From Eledone cirrhosa (Eukaryota): a stretch of DNA of 64,000 bases. Of this stretch, positions 12,794-25,800 are shown one piece after another. The notes below the pieces were generated by a model that was not told the origin of the DNA, ran no database searches, and was given only the letters and a program-made list of their open reading frames with translations. Numbering within the stretch: the stretch's first letter is position 1; every line of letters starts with the position of its first letter. The stretch covers positions 26,350,001 through 26,414,000 of the forward strand of contig OZ024741.1 of NCBI GenBank assembly GCA_964016885.1. Direction: 5' to 3'. A program made the translations under genes and the position numbers.

Positions 12794-12856
12794 ATGAATG
12801 TTTTAACGAGGTTATTTTATATCTCTCTTTTCATAGTCGCTGCAACAGTCGTAAAT
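12794..12856 (+). CDS. TMEM9: TMEM9-family gene, coding exon 1 (signal peptide MNVLTRLFYISLFIVAATVVN)
   Basis: ATG in aaacATG context, 21 codons forming a hydrophobic signal-peptide-like stretch, strong GTAAGT donor at 12857; phase 0 joins exon 2 to give ...VVNAQYED. Confidence 0.8.
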
Positions 12857-13920
12857 GTAAGTTACTGTTTAATATTTATTATTTAATTATTCTTCAGTTT
12901 GTGACGAATGGTAGATTTTTATTATTCCTGCTGTGAACCATTTCATCAATTCCTGGCGACGGTGATGCAGACAAAATCTTGTTTCTTCTTTATGCCTGTT
13001 TCTACATACAAATATTAACTATCATTGGAAATGGATCTCCTTTGTAGAAAATGTAAATATCGGATCCCATTTACTGGAATCATTGTGTATATTCACGTTA
13101 TTAGGGTTGTATATATTTGTGTGTGTGTATACATATATTCATGTCAGATTAACCGGATCCACTGTAAATACACGTTAGGTTTAGGATTAGATCGTCGGCT
13201 GTATGTGTGTGTATATATATATATATATAGAGTATTATTGTAATACAAACTTGGTATAAATATCCAAGGGTTTAGATCACTCAGTCTCTGGGACGAGTTG
13301 TGTATAATCAGTTAGCCTGTTTTAACTGATTTTATATATATATATATAATTTATTTATGTTCATACATAAAACAAGAAAGCACTAGTTATGGCCATCGCC
13401 TCAGATTGTGCATGTGCACGGTGATGCAGAATGCGGTGAGGAAGTTTCAAAATCATAATTTAGTCATTAGGTGCTGCGACGAAAAGCAGAAAATGCACCG
13501 AGAAAAACAGTAGTTACATAAGACACGACAGCATTTCTGTCTTGTCAGCCACCTTGGTGAACGAATTATTTACATGTTCTTCGAAGGAAGTCTATCAGCA
13601 ATGATACAGTATATATATTATGGTATCAAGCTCTACTTCGGTAGAAGCTAGCTATCCTTAGCTACTCCCTATTTCTTCTCCCCACCCCTAACACAAAAGA
13701 AAATCATGCGGAATTTATAGAAACCCTTTTAAATATATTATTATCCTATTGAGGAACCCCTTTTATTTTGATTTTTATTATCTTTCTTTTTTAACATTAT
13801 CAAAATTTGTTTACACGCGAAACCCACACACAACACACTATGTTTTCGTCCTGTGCCGTCATAAGGTTTTTCTTAGTGTAAACCCTTTGTAGTTAATAAA
13901 GAAATCATTATTATTATTAT

Positions 13921-14118
13921 GGGGCGGTGACTTGGTAGAATCGGTAGAACGTCGGACAAATGTTTAGCAGTGTTTGTTCCGGGCCCTTTACGTTCTGATT
14001 TCAAATCCCGCCGAGGTTAGCTTTGCCAGTAATGCACCAGTAAAGTACCAGTAATGCACTGGGGTAATTGCTGGCCTAATTGCTGGCCTTGTGTCAAAAG
14101 TTGAAACAATTATTATTT
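13921..14118 (+). mobile_element. tRNA-derived SINE family A (other copies at about 3772-4052-, 11932-12386- x2, 16216-16377+, 18420-18628+, 21700-21890+, 22459-22708+, 29984-30288- x2, 50070-50220-, 50295-50509+, 60335-60421-)
   Basis: A-box-like TGGTAGAATCGG and B-box-like (G)TTCAAATCC, shared body GAGGTTAACTTTGCCTTTCATCC...AAGTACCAGT, (ATT)n tail; many dispersed copies. Confidence 0.85.
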
Positions 14119-14218
14119 ACATCATCGCGACTCTGAAGACCGATGTATAATTTATTTTTAAAGAATGCAGTCAATATATTGAATATGATTTACAAAGCAA
14201 GCACCTGAGCACTGTACA

Positions 14219-16216
14219 CAATCACAACCACTAAAACAACCACGACCATCACAACCACTAAAACCACCACGACCATCACAACTAAAACAACCACGACCAT
14301 CACAACTAAAACAACCACGACCATCACAACTAAAACAACCACGACCATCACAACAACTAAAACCACCACGACCATCACAACAACTAAAACAACCACGACC
14401 ATCACAACAACTAAAACAACCACGACCATCACAAGTAAAACAACCACGACCATCACAACAACTAAAACAACCACGACCATCATAACAACTAAAACAACCA
14501 CGACCATCACAACAACTAAAACAACCACGACCATCACAACAACTAAAACAACCACGACCATCACAACTAAAACAACCACGACCATCACAACAACTAAAAC
14601 AACCACGACCATCATAACAACTAAAACAACCACGACCATCACAAGTAAAACAACCACGACCATCACAACAACTAAAACAACCACGACCATCACAACAACT
14701 AAAACAACCACGACCATCACAACAACTAAAACAACCACGACCATCACAACAACTAAAACAACCACGACCATCATAACAACTAAAACAACCACGACCATCA
14801 CAACTAAAACAACCACGACCATCACAACAACTAAAACCACCACGACCATCACAACAACTAAAACCACCACGACCATCACAACAACTAAAACAACCACGAC
14901 CATCACAACAACTAAAACAACCACGACCATCACAACAACTAAAACAACCACGACCATCACAACAACTAAAACAACCACGACCATCATAACAACTAAAACA
15001 ACCCCGACTATCACAACAACTAAAACAACCACGACCATCATAACAACTAAAACAACCCCGACTATCACAACAACTAAAACAACCACGACCATCACAACTA
15101 AAACAACCACGACCATCACAACAACTAAAACAACCACGACCATCACAACAACTAAAACAACCACGACCATCACAACTAAAACAACCACGACCATCACAAC
15201 TAAAACAACCACAACAATCACAACAACTAAAACAACCAGGACCATCACAACAACTAAAACAACCACGACCATCACAACTAAAACAACCAGGACCATCACA
15301 ACAACTAAAACAACCACGACCATCACAACAACTAAAACAACCAGGACCATCACAACAACTAAAACAACCACGACCATCACAACTAAAACAACCACGACCA
15401 TCACAACTAAAACAACCACGACCATCACAACAACTAAAACAACCACGACCATCACAACTAAAACAACCACGACCATCACAACTAAAACAACCACGACCAT
15501 CACAACAACTAAAACAACCAGGACCATCACAACAACTAAAACAACCACGACCATCACAACTAAAACAACCACGACCATCACAACTAAAACAACCACAACA
15601 ATCACAACAACTAAAACAACCAGGACCATCACAACAACTAAAACAACCACGACCATCACAACTAAAACAACCAGGACCATCACAACAACTAAAACAACCA
15701 CGACCATCACAACAACTAAAACAACCAGGACCATCACAACAACTAAAACAACCACGACCATCACAACTAAAACAACCACGACCATCACAACTAAAACAAC
15801 CACGACCATCACAACAACTAAAACAACCACGACCATCACAACTAAAACAACCACGACCATCACAACTAAAACAACCACGACCATCACAACAACTAAAACA
15901 ACCAGGACCATCACAACAACTAAAACAACCACGACCATCACAACTAAAACAACCACGACCATCACAACTAAAACAACCACGACCATCACAACTAAAACAA
16001 CCACGACCATCACAACAACTAAAACAACCACGACCATCACAACTAAAACAACCACGACCATCACAACTAAAACAACCACGACCATCACAACTAAAACAAC
16101 CAGGACCATCACAACAACTAAAACAACCACGACCATCACAACTAAAACAACCAGGACCATCACAACAACTAAAACAACCACGACCATCACAATTAAAACA
16201 ACCACAACAATCACAA
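14219..16216. repeat. Minisatellite of 24/27-bp units (ACAACTAAAACAACCACGACCATC +/- ACA), TMEM9 intron 1
   Basis: Direct inspection; derived from triplets. Confidence 0.97.
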
Positions 16217-17027
16217 TGCTTTCTAGCATAGTTACGTCCCTTTACAATCTGAGTTCAAATCCTGCCGAGGTTAACTTTGCCTTTCATCCTTACGGATTCG
16301 ATAAAATAAAGTACCAGTAATGTACTGAGTAATTGCTGGCCTTGTGCCTAAAGTAGAAACAATTATTATTATTATTAATCAAAGAAAAAACAACAACAGA
16401 AGACTACACAGTCAATTAGACGACACAACAGGTGCTGCCACTGGCGTTTCCTTCTAATTTCTGAGACGATGTTGGAATAGCCAAACATCCCCACAAGCAT
16501 CACTTGATATGTTTGTAAGGTGAATCACCAACTATGACAAAAACCTTGTTGTCAGTGCACCCCCCCCCCCCCCCCCCCCCCCATCCTCCACCTCGCTTCC
16601 ACACAGACTGAAAAAAAAAAATTCATGGTATTTCAGAATTTTATTCCTTTTATTCACGGCTGCAGTGACCACACACACACTACTACCTTCACTACAGCAC
16701 CCAAAATATGTGATGGAACAAAAGAGTTGCTAACAGTGGCTTCACAAATGTCACATTTACCTCTAATCCAAGTAGGTTCAGACCATTAGCCCTTTTCCCA
16801 TCAACCCTAGACAATTTGAATGGCTCCAGAATTGAGGGGAAATTGTAGACTATGTTTCTGATCAGCTTATGTGTCATATTCCTGACAAATGAGTCCCCCC
16901 TCTCCTGGTAGGTATTTCCAGCTGAAGGAAATGAGACGATATGAACATAAAATATTCAAGAAACATGCAAAGACAAATATGAGGAAATTTGTTCTTTTCT
17001 CAGAGAATGTTGGAATATTTTGCCTGA

Positions 17028-17320
17028 AGATGTGGTGTACTCCAGCACTAAATGTGTGTGTGTGTTTGTGGTGTACTCTGCTGTAAATATGTGTGTGTTT
17101 GTGGTGTACTCTGCTGTAAATATGTGTGTGTTTGTGGTGTACTCTGCTGTAAATATTTGTGTGTTTGTGGTGTACTCTGCTGTAAATATGTGTGTGTTTG
17201 TGGTGTACTCTGCTGTAAATGTGTGTTTGTGGTGTACTCCACTGTAAATGTGTGTGTGTTTGTGATGTACTCCACCACTGTAAATATGTGTGTGTTTGTG
17301 GTGTACTCCACCACTGTAAA
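17028..17320. repeat. Short minisatellite, about 33-bp unit (GTGGTGTACTCTGCTGTAAATATGTGTGTGTTT)
   Basis: About 8 tandem copies at the end of a degenerate CR1 fragment. Confidence 0.9.
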
Positions 17321-18794
17321 TTTAATGAAATTTATAAATTATTCTATTAAAAAAAAGTATTAAAATTGGAGAGTACCAAGTGAGGTGATCAGTAAAAACA
17401 CCAATAGGTGTATATTTAGTCCTACTTATTATACTGGTGTGGATACAGTAGAGCTGAATGGTTAAGAACTTTTATATTATAAAGTCCTGGGTTTGAAACC
17501 AATTTGAGGCATGTGCCTTTTGTCTGTCAACCAAAGCTACTACCTGTTGGGAAGCCTTGTCACATACTATCACATTGACTCTCTGAGAATTATGTTAAGA
17601 GTACAAATGTCTGTGGAATGTTCATCTATTTGTGTGTAATTTTCTCAAGCAGGCTGTTCTACTGAGTGAACAACTGAAACTCTCGTCATTGAAACTAATG
17701 GGGTTCATTCCATGATACTGATAGAAAACTAGTGTGAATTGCAGTTTGGTTTTGTCTAGTTCGTTCTAGATATATAAGAAGGGATAGTCATGGTTAGAAC
17801 TTCTTTGGTGGATCAGAGTTGAGCTGTGATGAAATAACTGAAACACATTTTGTCTAGTAAGTTAGTTCTAGATATATAAGAACAGATAGTCATGGTTAGA
17901 ACTTCTTTGGTGGATCAAAGTTGAGCTCACACAAATATATACATGTTTTGTCTAGTAAGTTAGTTTCAGATGTATAAGAAATAGAAAGATATCTTTGTAA
18001 TGCAGTTCAACACAAGAGACCAGATCTGTGGACCTTGCAAAACTGACAGCTGCTTCATGACAACACCCTGGTTCATTCATTGCAATTGATCCAAGGTTTC
18101 TTGGCAAAGAAAGGCATTTCGCTAATTTACCAAGCTCCCTACTCACTAGACATAGCTTCGTTTGACTTTTAGATGTTCCCAAAATCAAGATACCATTGAA
18201 AGCTGAGAGCCAGTCTGGAAAAAGCATTCCAGACATTCCCGGAACACTGAAAAGGGGTTGCTGGGCTAAATATGTGGCAGCACAAGGGGCCTACTTTGAA
18301 TGGGGATTAACAGTTGAACCCCACTAAATACTAATATATCTTTCTCAGCTTAAGGTTAATTACTTTTTCCACAAACCTTGTATGTATGTTCTTCTGGTTT
18401 CATTATTTTATAAATTAAGAGCGGTCGATTGGCAGAATCGGTAGAATTTCGGACACCATGCTTCGCAGCATAGAGTTACGTCCCTTTACGTTCTGAGTTC
18501 AAATCTCGCCGAGGTTAGTTTTGCCTTTCATCCTAAAATAAAACACCAGTAATGTACTAGGGTCAATTTAATCAACTTTCCCCTCTCCCCAAAATTGTTG
18601 ACCTTGTGCCTAAATCGGAAACCATTAGTTTATAAATTTTTACCGATAAAGAGAGCTGGTTTCTAACATAGACACAAGACTCTTTCATTGGAATTTACAC
18701 AACAACTAGGTAAATATGTATGTGTATGTATACATATATATGTGTGTGTGTGTGTTACTCAATCTCTGTGGTGCATTGCAGAACACACACAGAC

Positions 18795-19032
18795 ATACAC
18801 AGTAGCAGTTCTATGCTGTATGTGACACACACATATACACAGTAGTAGTTCTATGCTGTATGTGACACACACATATACACAGTAGCAGTTCTATGCTGTA
18901 TGTGACACACACATATACACAGTAGTAGTTCTATGCTGTATGTGACACACACATATACACAGTAGTAGTTCTATGCTGTATGTGACACACACATATACAC
19001 AGTAGTAGTTCTATGCTGTATGTGACACACAC
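18795..19032. repeat. Minisatellite, 40-bp unit, about 6 copies
   Basis: Unit AGTAGTAGTTCTATGCTGTATGTGACACACACATATACAC. Confidence 0.92.
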
Positions 19033-19065
19033 ACTCTACATACATATATACTACACATATACATC

Positions 19066-19691
19066 GTGGTGGATAGTTTCCGGTACCTAGGAGATCAGAT
19101 TAGCATGGGAGGAGGGTGTTCCGAGGCCATAGTATCTAGAATAAGGGCGGGTTGGAAGAAGTTTAAGGAGCTGCTTCCTCTGTTGACGAAGAAGGGTTTC
19201 TCCCTGCGTACGAAAGGCCGGTTGTATGATGCCTGTGTGAGGAGCGCGATGCTGGATGGTAGTGAGACATGGGCAGCAACTGCAGAGGATATGCGACGGC
19301 TGGAGAGAAATGAGGCAAGCATGCTCCGTTGGATGTGCAGTGTAAATGTGCGTGAACGACCCAGCATGAAGGTGTTGAGAGAGAAACTGTGTCTGAGAGG
19401 GATAGAATGTAGTGTACGGGAGAGGAGACTGAGGTGGTATGGACATGTGATGCGCATGGAGGATGACCGATGGGTGAAGAAGTGCCAGGAAATGCCAGTT
19501 GAAGGAAGACGTGGTAGAGGTAGACCACGAAAAACATGGGCGGAGGTGGTGAGAACAGACCTCAGATCATTGAAGCTCACGGTGGAGATGACGAGGGACC
19601 GTGACGAGTGGAGAGATGCTGTGCTGAATAAGACCCGTCCCACCCTTGCAAGCAGGGAAAGGCAGAAGTAAAATGATGAAGATGATGATGA
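19066..19691 (+). mobile_element. RTE family 1, 3' fragment nearly identical to 7625-8247
   Basis: Near-identical 201-aa C-terminus and (GAT)n tail. Confidence 0.95.
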
Positions 19692-19811
19692 TACACAGTA
19701 GCAATGTTATTCCACTGTCTGTATGTGACAGTCTAATTAATGTCCTGTCACATCTGTTTTCCCAATATTTCTACTTGTTGACATCAAACTGGGTTAAGCT
19801 CAGCATTTCTA

Positions 19812-21372
19812 CATCTCCCCCTTCTACATCAATAGACCCTCCCTCTCTCTCTCCCCCTTCTACATCAATAGACCCTCCCTCTCTCTCTCCCCCTTCTACA
19901 TCAATAGACCCTCCCTCTCTCTCTCCCCCTTCTACATCAATAGACCCTCCCTCTCTCTCTCTCCCTTCTACACCAATAGATCCTCCCTCTCTCTCCCTTC
20001 TACATTAATAGACCCTCCCTCTCTCTCTCCCTTCTACACCAATAGACCCTCCCTCTCTCTCTCCTTTCTACATCAATAGACCCTCCCTCTCTCTCTCCCT
20101 TCTACACCAATAGACCCTCCCTCTCTCTCCCTTCTACACCAATAGACCCTCCCTCTCTCTCCCTTCTACACCAATAGACCCTCCCTCTCTCTCCCCCTTC
20201 TACATCAATAGACCCTCCTCTCCCCCTTCTACATCAATAGATCCTCCCTATCTATCTGTCTGTCTGTCTGTCTGTATGTCAGTCTGTCGTCTGTCTGTCA
20301 CTCTGTCGTCTGTCTGTCACTCTGTCGTCTGTCTGTCTCTCTGTCAGTCTGTCACCTGTCTGTTTCTCTGTCAGTCTGTCACCTGGCTGTCTCTGTCTGT
20401 ATGTCAGTCTGTCGTCTGTCGTCTGTCTGTCAGTCTGTCACCTGTCTGTCTCTCTGTCTGTCTGTCACCTGTCTGTCTCTCTGTCTCTCTGTCAGTCTGT
20501 CACTTGTCTGTCTCTCTGTCAGTCTGTCACCTGTCTGTCTCTCTGTCTGTATGTCAGTCTGTCGTCAGTCTGTCACCTGTCTGTCTCTCTGTCTGTCTGT
20601 CACCTGTCTGTCTCTCTGTCTGTCTGTCACCTGTCTGTCTCTCTGTCTGTATGTCAGTCTGTCACCTGTCTGTCACTCTGTCGTCTGTCTGTCTGTCTAT
20701 CTGTCTGTCTGTCACCTGTCTGTCTGTCAGTCTGTCACCTGTCTCTCTGTCAGTCTGTCACCTGTCTGTCTCTGTCTGTATGTCAGTCTGTCGTCTGTCT
20801 GTCACTCTGTCGTCTGTCTGTCACTCTGTCGTCTGTCACCTGTCTGTCTGTCTGTCTGTCAGTCTGTCACCTGTCTGTCTCTGTCTGTCTGTCACTCTGT
20901 CGTCTGTCTGTCACTCTGTCGTCTGTCTGTCTCTCTGTCAGTCTATCACCTGTCTGTCTCTCTGTCAGTCTGTCACCTGTCTGTCTGTCAGTCTGTCTCT
21001 CTGTCAGTCTGTCGTCTGTCTGTCTCTCTGTCAGTCTGTCGTCTGTCTGTCACTCTGTCGTCTGTCTGTCTCTCTGTCAGTCTGTCACCTGTCTGTCTGT
21101 CAGTCTGTCACCTGTCTCTGTCTGTCTGTCACTCTGTCGTCTGTCTGTCACTCTGTCGTCTGTCTGTCTCTCTGTCAGTCTATCACCTGTCTGTCTCTCT
21201 GTCAGTCTGTCTCTCTGTCAGTCTGTCACCTGTCTGTCTGTCAGTCTGTCTCTCTGTCAGTCTGTCGTCTGTCTGTCTCTCTGTCAGTCTGTCGTCTGTC
21301 TGTCACTCTGTCTCTCTGTCAGTCTGTCACCTGTCTGTCTCTCTGTCAGTCTGTCACCTGTCTGTCTCTGTC
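19812..21372. repeat. CT-rich minisatellite (about 36 bp, 19812-20249) followed by a degenerate (CTGT)n-derived array
   Basis: Direct inspection. Confidence 0.93.
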
Positions 21373-22081
21373 ATTAATTTTTCTTCCTTCCACTTCTCTC
21401 TCAGCCCCTCCCCCCCATACCAGTATAGAGAACATCCAGAAAATGATGTTCTTCCTCATCCTCTATTTCTTCTCTTCTCCCTGCCTCTCATCATCACATT
21501 CCTCTCTCCTTCTGTAATCTTTTACTTCTTCCCTCCCCATCCCCCCTCTTTACCTTTCATCCTCCACTTTTTCTCTCCTCCCCCTCCCCCCACTATCACC
21601 CTCTGTCTCTCCTCCTATCACTCTCTCCTCTCAATGTTGTCCTTTTTCAAATATACTCCCACTCTTTCTCTTCCTCTCCTTTCTGTCATCATTATTTCAG
21701 TGGTGGATTAGCAGTATTGGTAGAGGGTCGGACGCCATGCTTTGCAGCAGAGTTACGTCCCTTTACGGTCTGAGTTCAAATCCTGCCGAGGTTAACTTTG
21801 CCTTTCATCCTTACGGGGTCGATTAAATAAAGTACCAGTAATACACTGGGATAATTGCTGGCCTTGTGCCAAAAGTAGAAACAATTATTTCATCTCTCTC
21901 TCTCTCCTTCTTCCCTCTCTCCTTCTCACCCTGTTTTTTATATCTCTTTATCTCTCTCTTTATCATCACTCCTCACACCTCCACTTCAATTACTCCCCCC
22001 ACCTTCTCTAATGTTGTGTCTCCAGACACTATACACACACACATATACACAAACATACATATGTTGATGCTGCCATCATGT

Positions 22082-22087
22082 CCACTA

Positions 22088-22119
<32 letters not shown>

Positions 22120-22460
22120 GCTGCAACTTGTGACATAAATCAATAGCTACTGGGTGGGGAAGGAGATGGAGGACACTGGTCCATTATTCTCTTTTTGTGC
22201 TTCATTGACAACTATAACAATGACAGTGACAATAACAACAACAATAATCATAACAACTGCAATAGCAACAACAACAACAGCAGCAGCAACTTCAACAACA
22301 ACAACAGCAGTAGCAACAACTACAATAACAATAATAACAGCAGCAGCAGCAGCTACAACAACAACAAGAGTAACAACAACAGTAGCAACAACTACAATAG
22401 CAACAACAACAATAACAATAATGACAGTAGCAACAACAACAATAACTACAATAGCAATGG
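22082..22460. repeat. (ACT)n and (AAC/AAT/AGC)n low-complexity tracts
   Basis: Direct inspection. Confidence 0.9.
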
Positions 22461-22888
22461 CAGTAGGACAGCCTTTACATGATTTCCTCCAAATTTCTGA
22501 TGTCTAATCCCACTGAGGTTAACTTTGCCTTTCATACTTCAGGGGTCGATAAAATAAAGTACCAGTAATGTACTGAGGTTGATATCTCACCGAGGTTAAC
22601 TTTGCCTTTCATACTTCAGGGGTCGATAAAATAAAGTACCAGTAATGCACTGGAGTATATTTAATTGATTTCTCCCTTCCCACAAAATTACTGACCTTGC
22701 CTACATTAAAAAAAAACCTATCATCACATCATTATCATCACCATCATCATCACATCACCATCACCTCCATCATCATCACCTCCACCATCACTATCACATC
22801 CACCATCATCATCACCTCCATCATCACCACCACCACCATCATCGTCATCATCACCACCATCATCATAATAAAACCATGATCATCATCA

Positions 22889-25800
22889 TCTCTGTCATCA
22901 GTGAGTGGTCACTATACTTCAACCTCTGGCCAGTGAGTAGTCACTATACTTCAACCTCTGTCATCAGTGAGTGGTCACTATACTTCAACCTCTGGCCAGT
23001 GAGTGGTCACTATACTTCAACCTCTGGTCAGTGAGTGGTCACTATACTTCAACCTCTGTCATCAGTGAGTGGTCACTATACTTCAACCTCTGGCCAGTGA
23101 GTGGTCACTATACTTCAACCTCTGGTCAGTGAGTAGTCACTATACTTCAACCTCTGTCATCAGTGAGTGGTCACTATACTTCAACCTCTGGCCAGTGAGT
23201 GGTCACTATACTTCAACCTCTGTCATCAGTGAGTGGTCACTATACTTCAACCTCTGTCATCAGTGAGTGGTCACTATACTTCAACCTCTGGCCAGTGAGT
23301 GGTCACTATACTTCAACCTCTGGTCAGTGAGTGGTCACTATACTTCAACCTCTGTCATCAGTGAGTGGTCACTATACTTCAACCTCTGGCCAGTGAGTGG
23401 TCACTATACTTCAACCTCTGGCCAGTGAGTGGTCACTATACTTCAACCTCTGGTCAGTGAGTGGTCACTATACTTCAACCTCTGTCATCAGTGAGTGGTC
23501 ACTATACTTCAACCTCTGTCATCAGTGAGTGGTCACTATACTTCAACCTCTGGCCAGTGAGTGGTCACTATACTTCAACCTCTGGTCAGTGAGTGGTCAC
23601 TATACTTCAACCTCTGGTCAGTAAGTGGTGACTATACTTCAACCTCTGGCCAGTGAGTGGTCACTATACTTCCACCTCTGGTCAGTGAGTGGTCACCATA
23701 CTTCAACCTCTGGTCAGTGAGTGGTCACTATACTTCAACCTCTGGTCAGTGAGTGGTGACTATACTTCAACCTCTGGCCAGTGAGTGGTCACTATACTTC
23801 AACCTCTGGTCAGTGAGTGGTCACTATACTTCAACCTCTGGCCAGTGAGTGGTCACTATACTTCAACCTCTCATCAGTGAGTGGTCACTATACTTCAACC
23901 TCTGTCAGTGAGTGGTCACTATACTTCAACCTCTGGCCAGTGAGTGGTCACTATACTTCAACCTCTCATCAGTGAGTGGTCACTATACTTCAACCTCTGG
24001 CCAGTGAGTAGTCACTATACTTCAACCTCTGTCAGTGAGTGGTCACTATACTTCAACCTCTGGCCAGTGAGTGGTCACTATACTTCAACCTCTGGCCAGT
24101 GAGTGGTCACTATACTTCAACCTCTGTCATCAGTGAGTGGTCACTATACTTCAACCTCTGGCCAGTGAGTGGTCACTATACTTCAACCTCTGGCCAGTGA
24201 GTGGTCACTATACTTCAACCTCTGTCAGTGAGTGGTCACTATACTTCAACCTCTCATCAGTGAGTGGTCACTATACTTCAACCTCTGGCCAGTGAGTGGT
24301 CACTATACTTCCACCTCTGGTCAGTGAGTGGTCACTATACTTCAACCTGTCATCAGTGAGTGGTCACTATACTTCAACCTCTGGCCAGTGAGTGGTCACT
24401 ATACTTCAACCTCTGGCCAGTGAGTGGTCACTATACTTCCACCTCTGGTCAGTGAGTAGTCACTATACTTCAACCTGTCATCAGTGAGTGGTCACTATAC
24501 TTCAACCTCTGGCCAGTGAGTGGTCACTATACTTCAACCTCTCATCAGTGAGTGGTCACTATACTTCAACCTCTGGCCAGTGAGTGGTCACTATACTTCA
24601 ACCTCTGGCCAGTGAGTGGTCACTATACTTCCACCTCTGGCCAGTGAGTGGTCACTATACTTCAACTTCTGGCCAGTGAGTGGTCACTATACTTCAACCT
24701 CTGGCCAGTGAGTGGTCACTATACTTCCACCTCTGGCCAGTGAGTGGTCACTATACTTCAACCTCTGGCCAGTGAGTGGTCACTATACTTCAACCTCTGG
24801 CCAGTGAGTGGTCACTATACTTCCACCTCTGGCCAGTGAGTGGTCACTATACTTCAACCTCTGGCCAGTGAGTGGTCACTATACTTCAACCTCTGGCCAG
24901 TGAGTGGTCACTATACTTCAACCTCTGGCCAGTGAGTGGTCACTATACTTCCACCTCTGGCCAGTGAGTGGTCACTATACTTCAACCTCTGGCCAGTGAG
25001 TGGTCACTACTTCAACCTCTGGCCAGTGAGTGGTCACTATACTTCCACCTCTGGCCAGTGAGTGGTCACTATACTTCAACCCCTGTCATCAGTGAGTGGT
25101 CACTATACTTCAACCTCTGGCCAGTGAGTGGTCACCATACTTCAACCTCTGGCCAGTGAGTGGTCACTATACTTCAACCTCTGGCCAGTGAGTGGTCACC
25201 ATACTTCAACCTCTGGCCAGTGAGTGGTCACTATACTTCAACCTCTGGCCAGTGAGTGGTCACCATACTTCAACCTCTGGTCAGTGAGTGGTCACTATAC
25301 TTCAACCTCTGGCCAGTGAGTGGTCACCATACTTCAACCTCTGGCCAGTGAGTGGTCACTATACTTCAACCTGTCATCAGTGAGTGGTCACTATACTTCA
25401 ACCTCTGGCCAGTGAGTGGTCACCATACTTCAACCTCTGGCCAGTGAGTGGTCACTATACTTCAACCTCTGTCATCAGTGAGTGGTGACTATACTTCAAC
25501 CTCTGGCCAGTGAGTGGTCACTATACTTCAACCTCTGGTCAGTGAGTGGTCACTATACTTCAACCTCTGGCCAGTGAGTGGTCACTATACTTCAACCTCT
25601 GTCATCAGTGAGTGGTCACTATACTTCAACCTCTGGCCAGTGAGTGGTCACCATACTTCAACCTCTGGCCAGTGAGTGGTCACTATACTTCAACCTCTGT
25701 CATCAGTGAGTGGTCACTATACTTCAACCTCTGGCCAGTGAGTGGTCACTATACTTCAACTTCTGGTCAGTGAGTGGTCACTATACTTCAACCTCTGGCC

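Noticed and set aside
14190-16229. 679-aa poly-Val ORF (-) or Thr-rich mucin-like frame (+)
   Set aside because: Triplet-derived minisatellite in TMEM9 intron 1; no start codon or convincing splice sites for the Thr-rich frame.
20276-21711. Cys/Ser/Leu/Val-rich ORFs of over 400 aa
   Set aside because: Degenerate (CTGT)n microsatellite.
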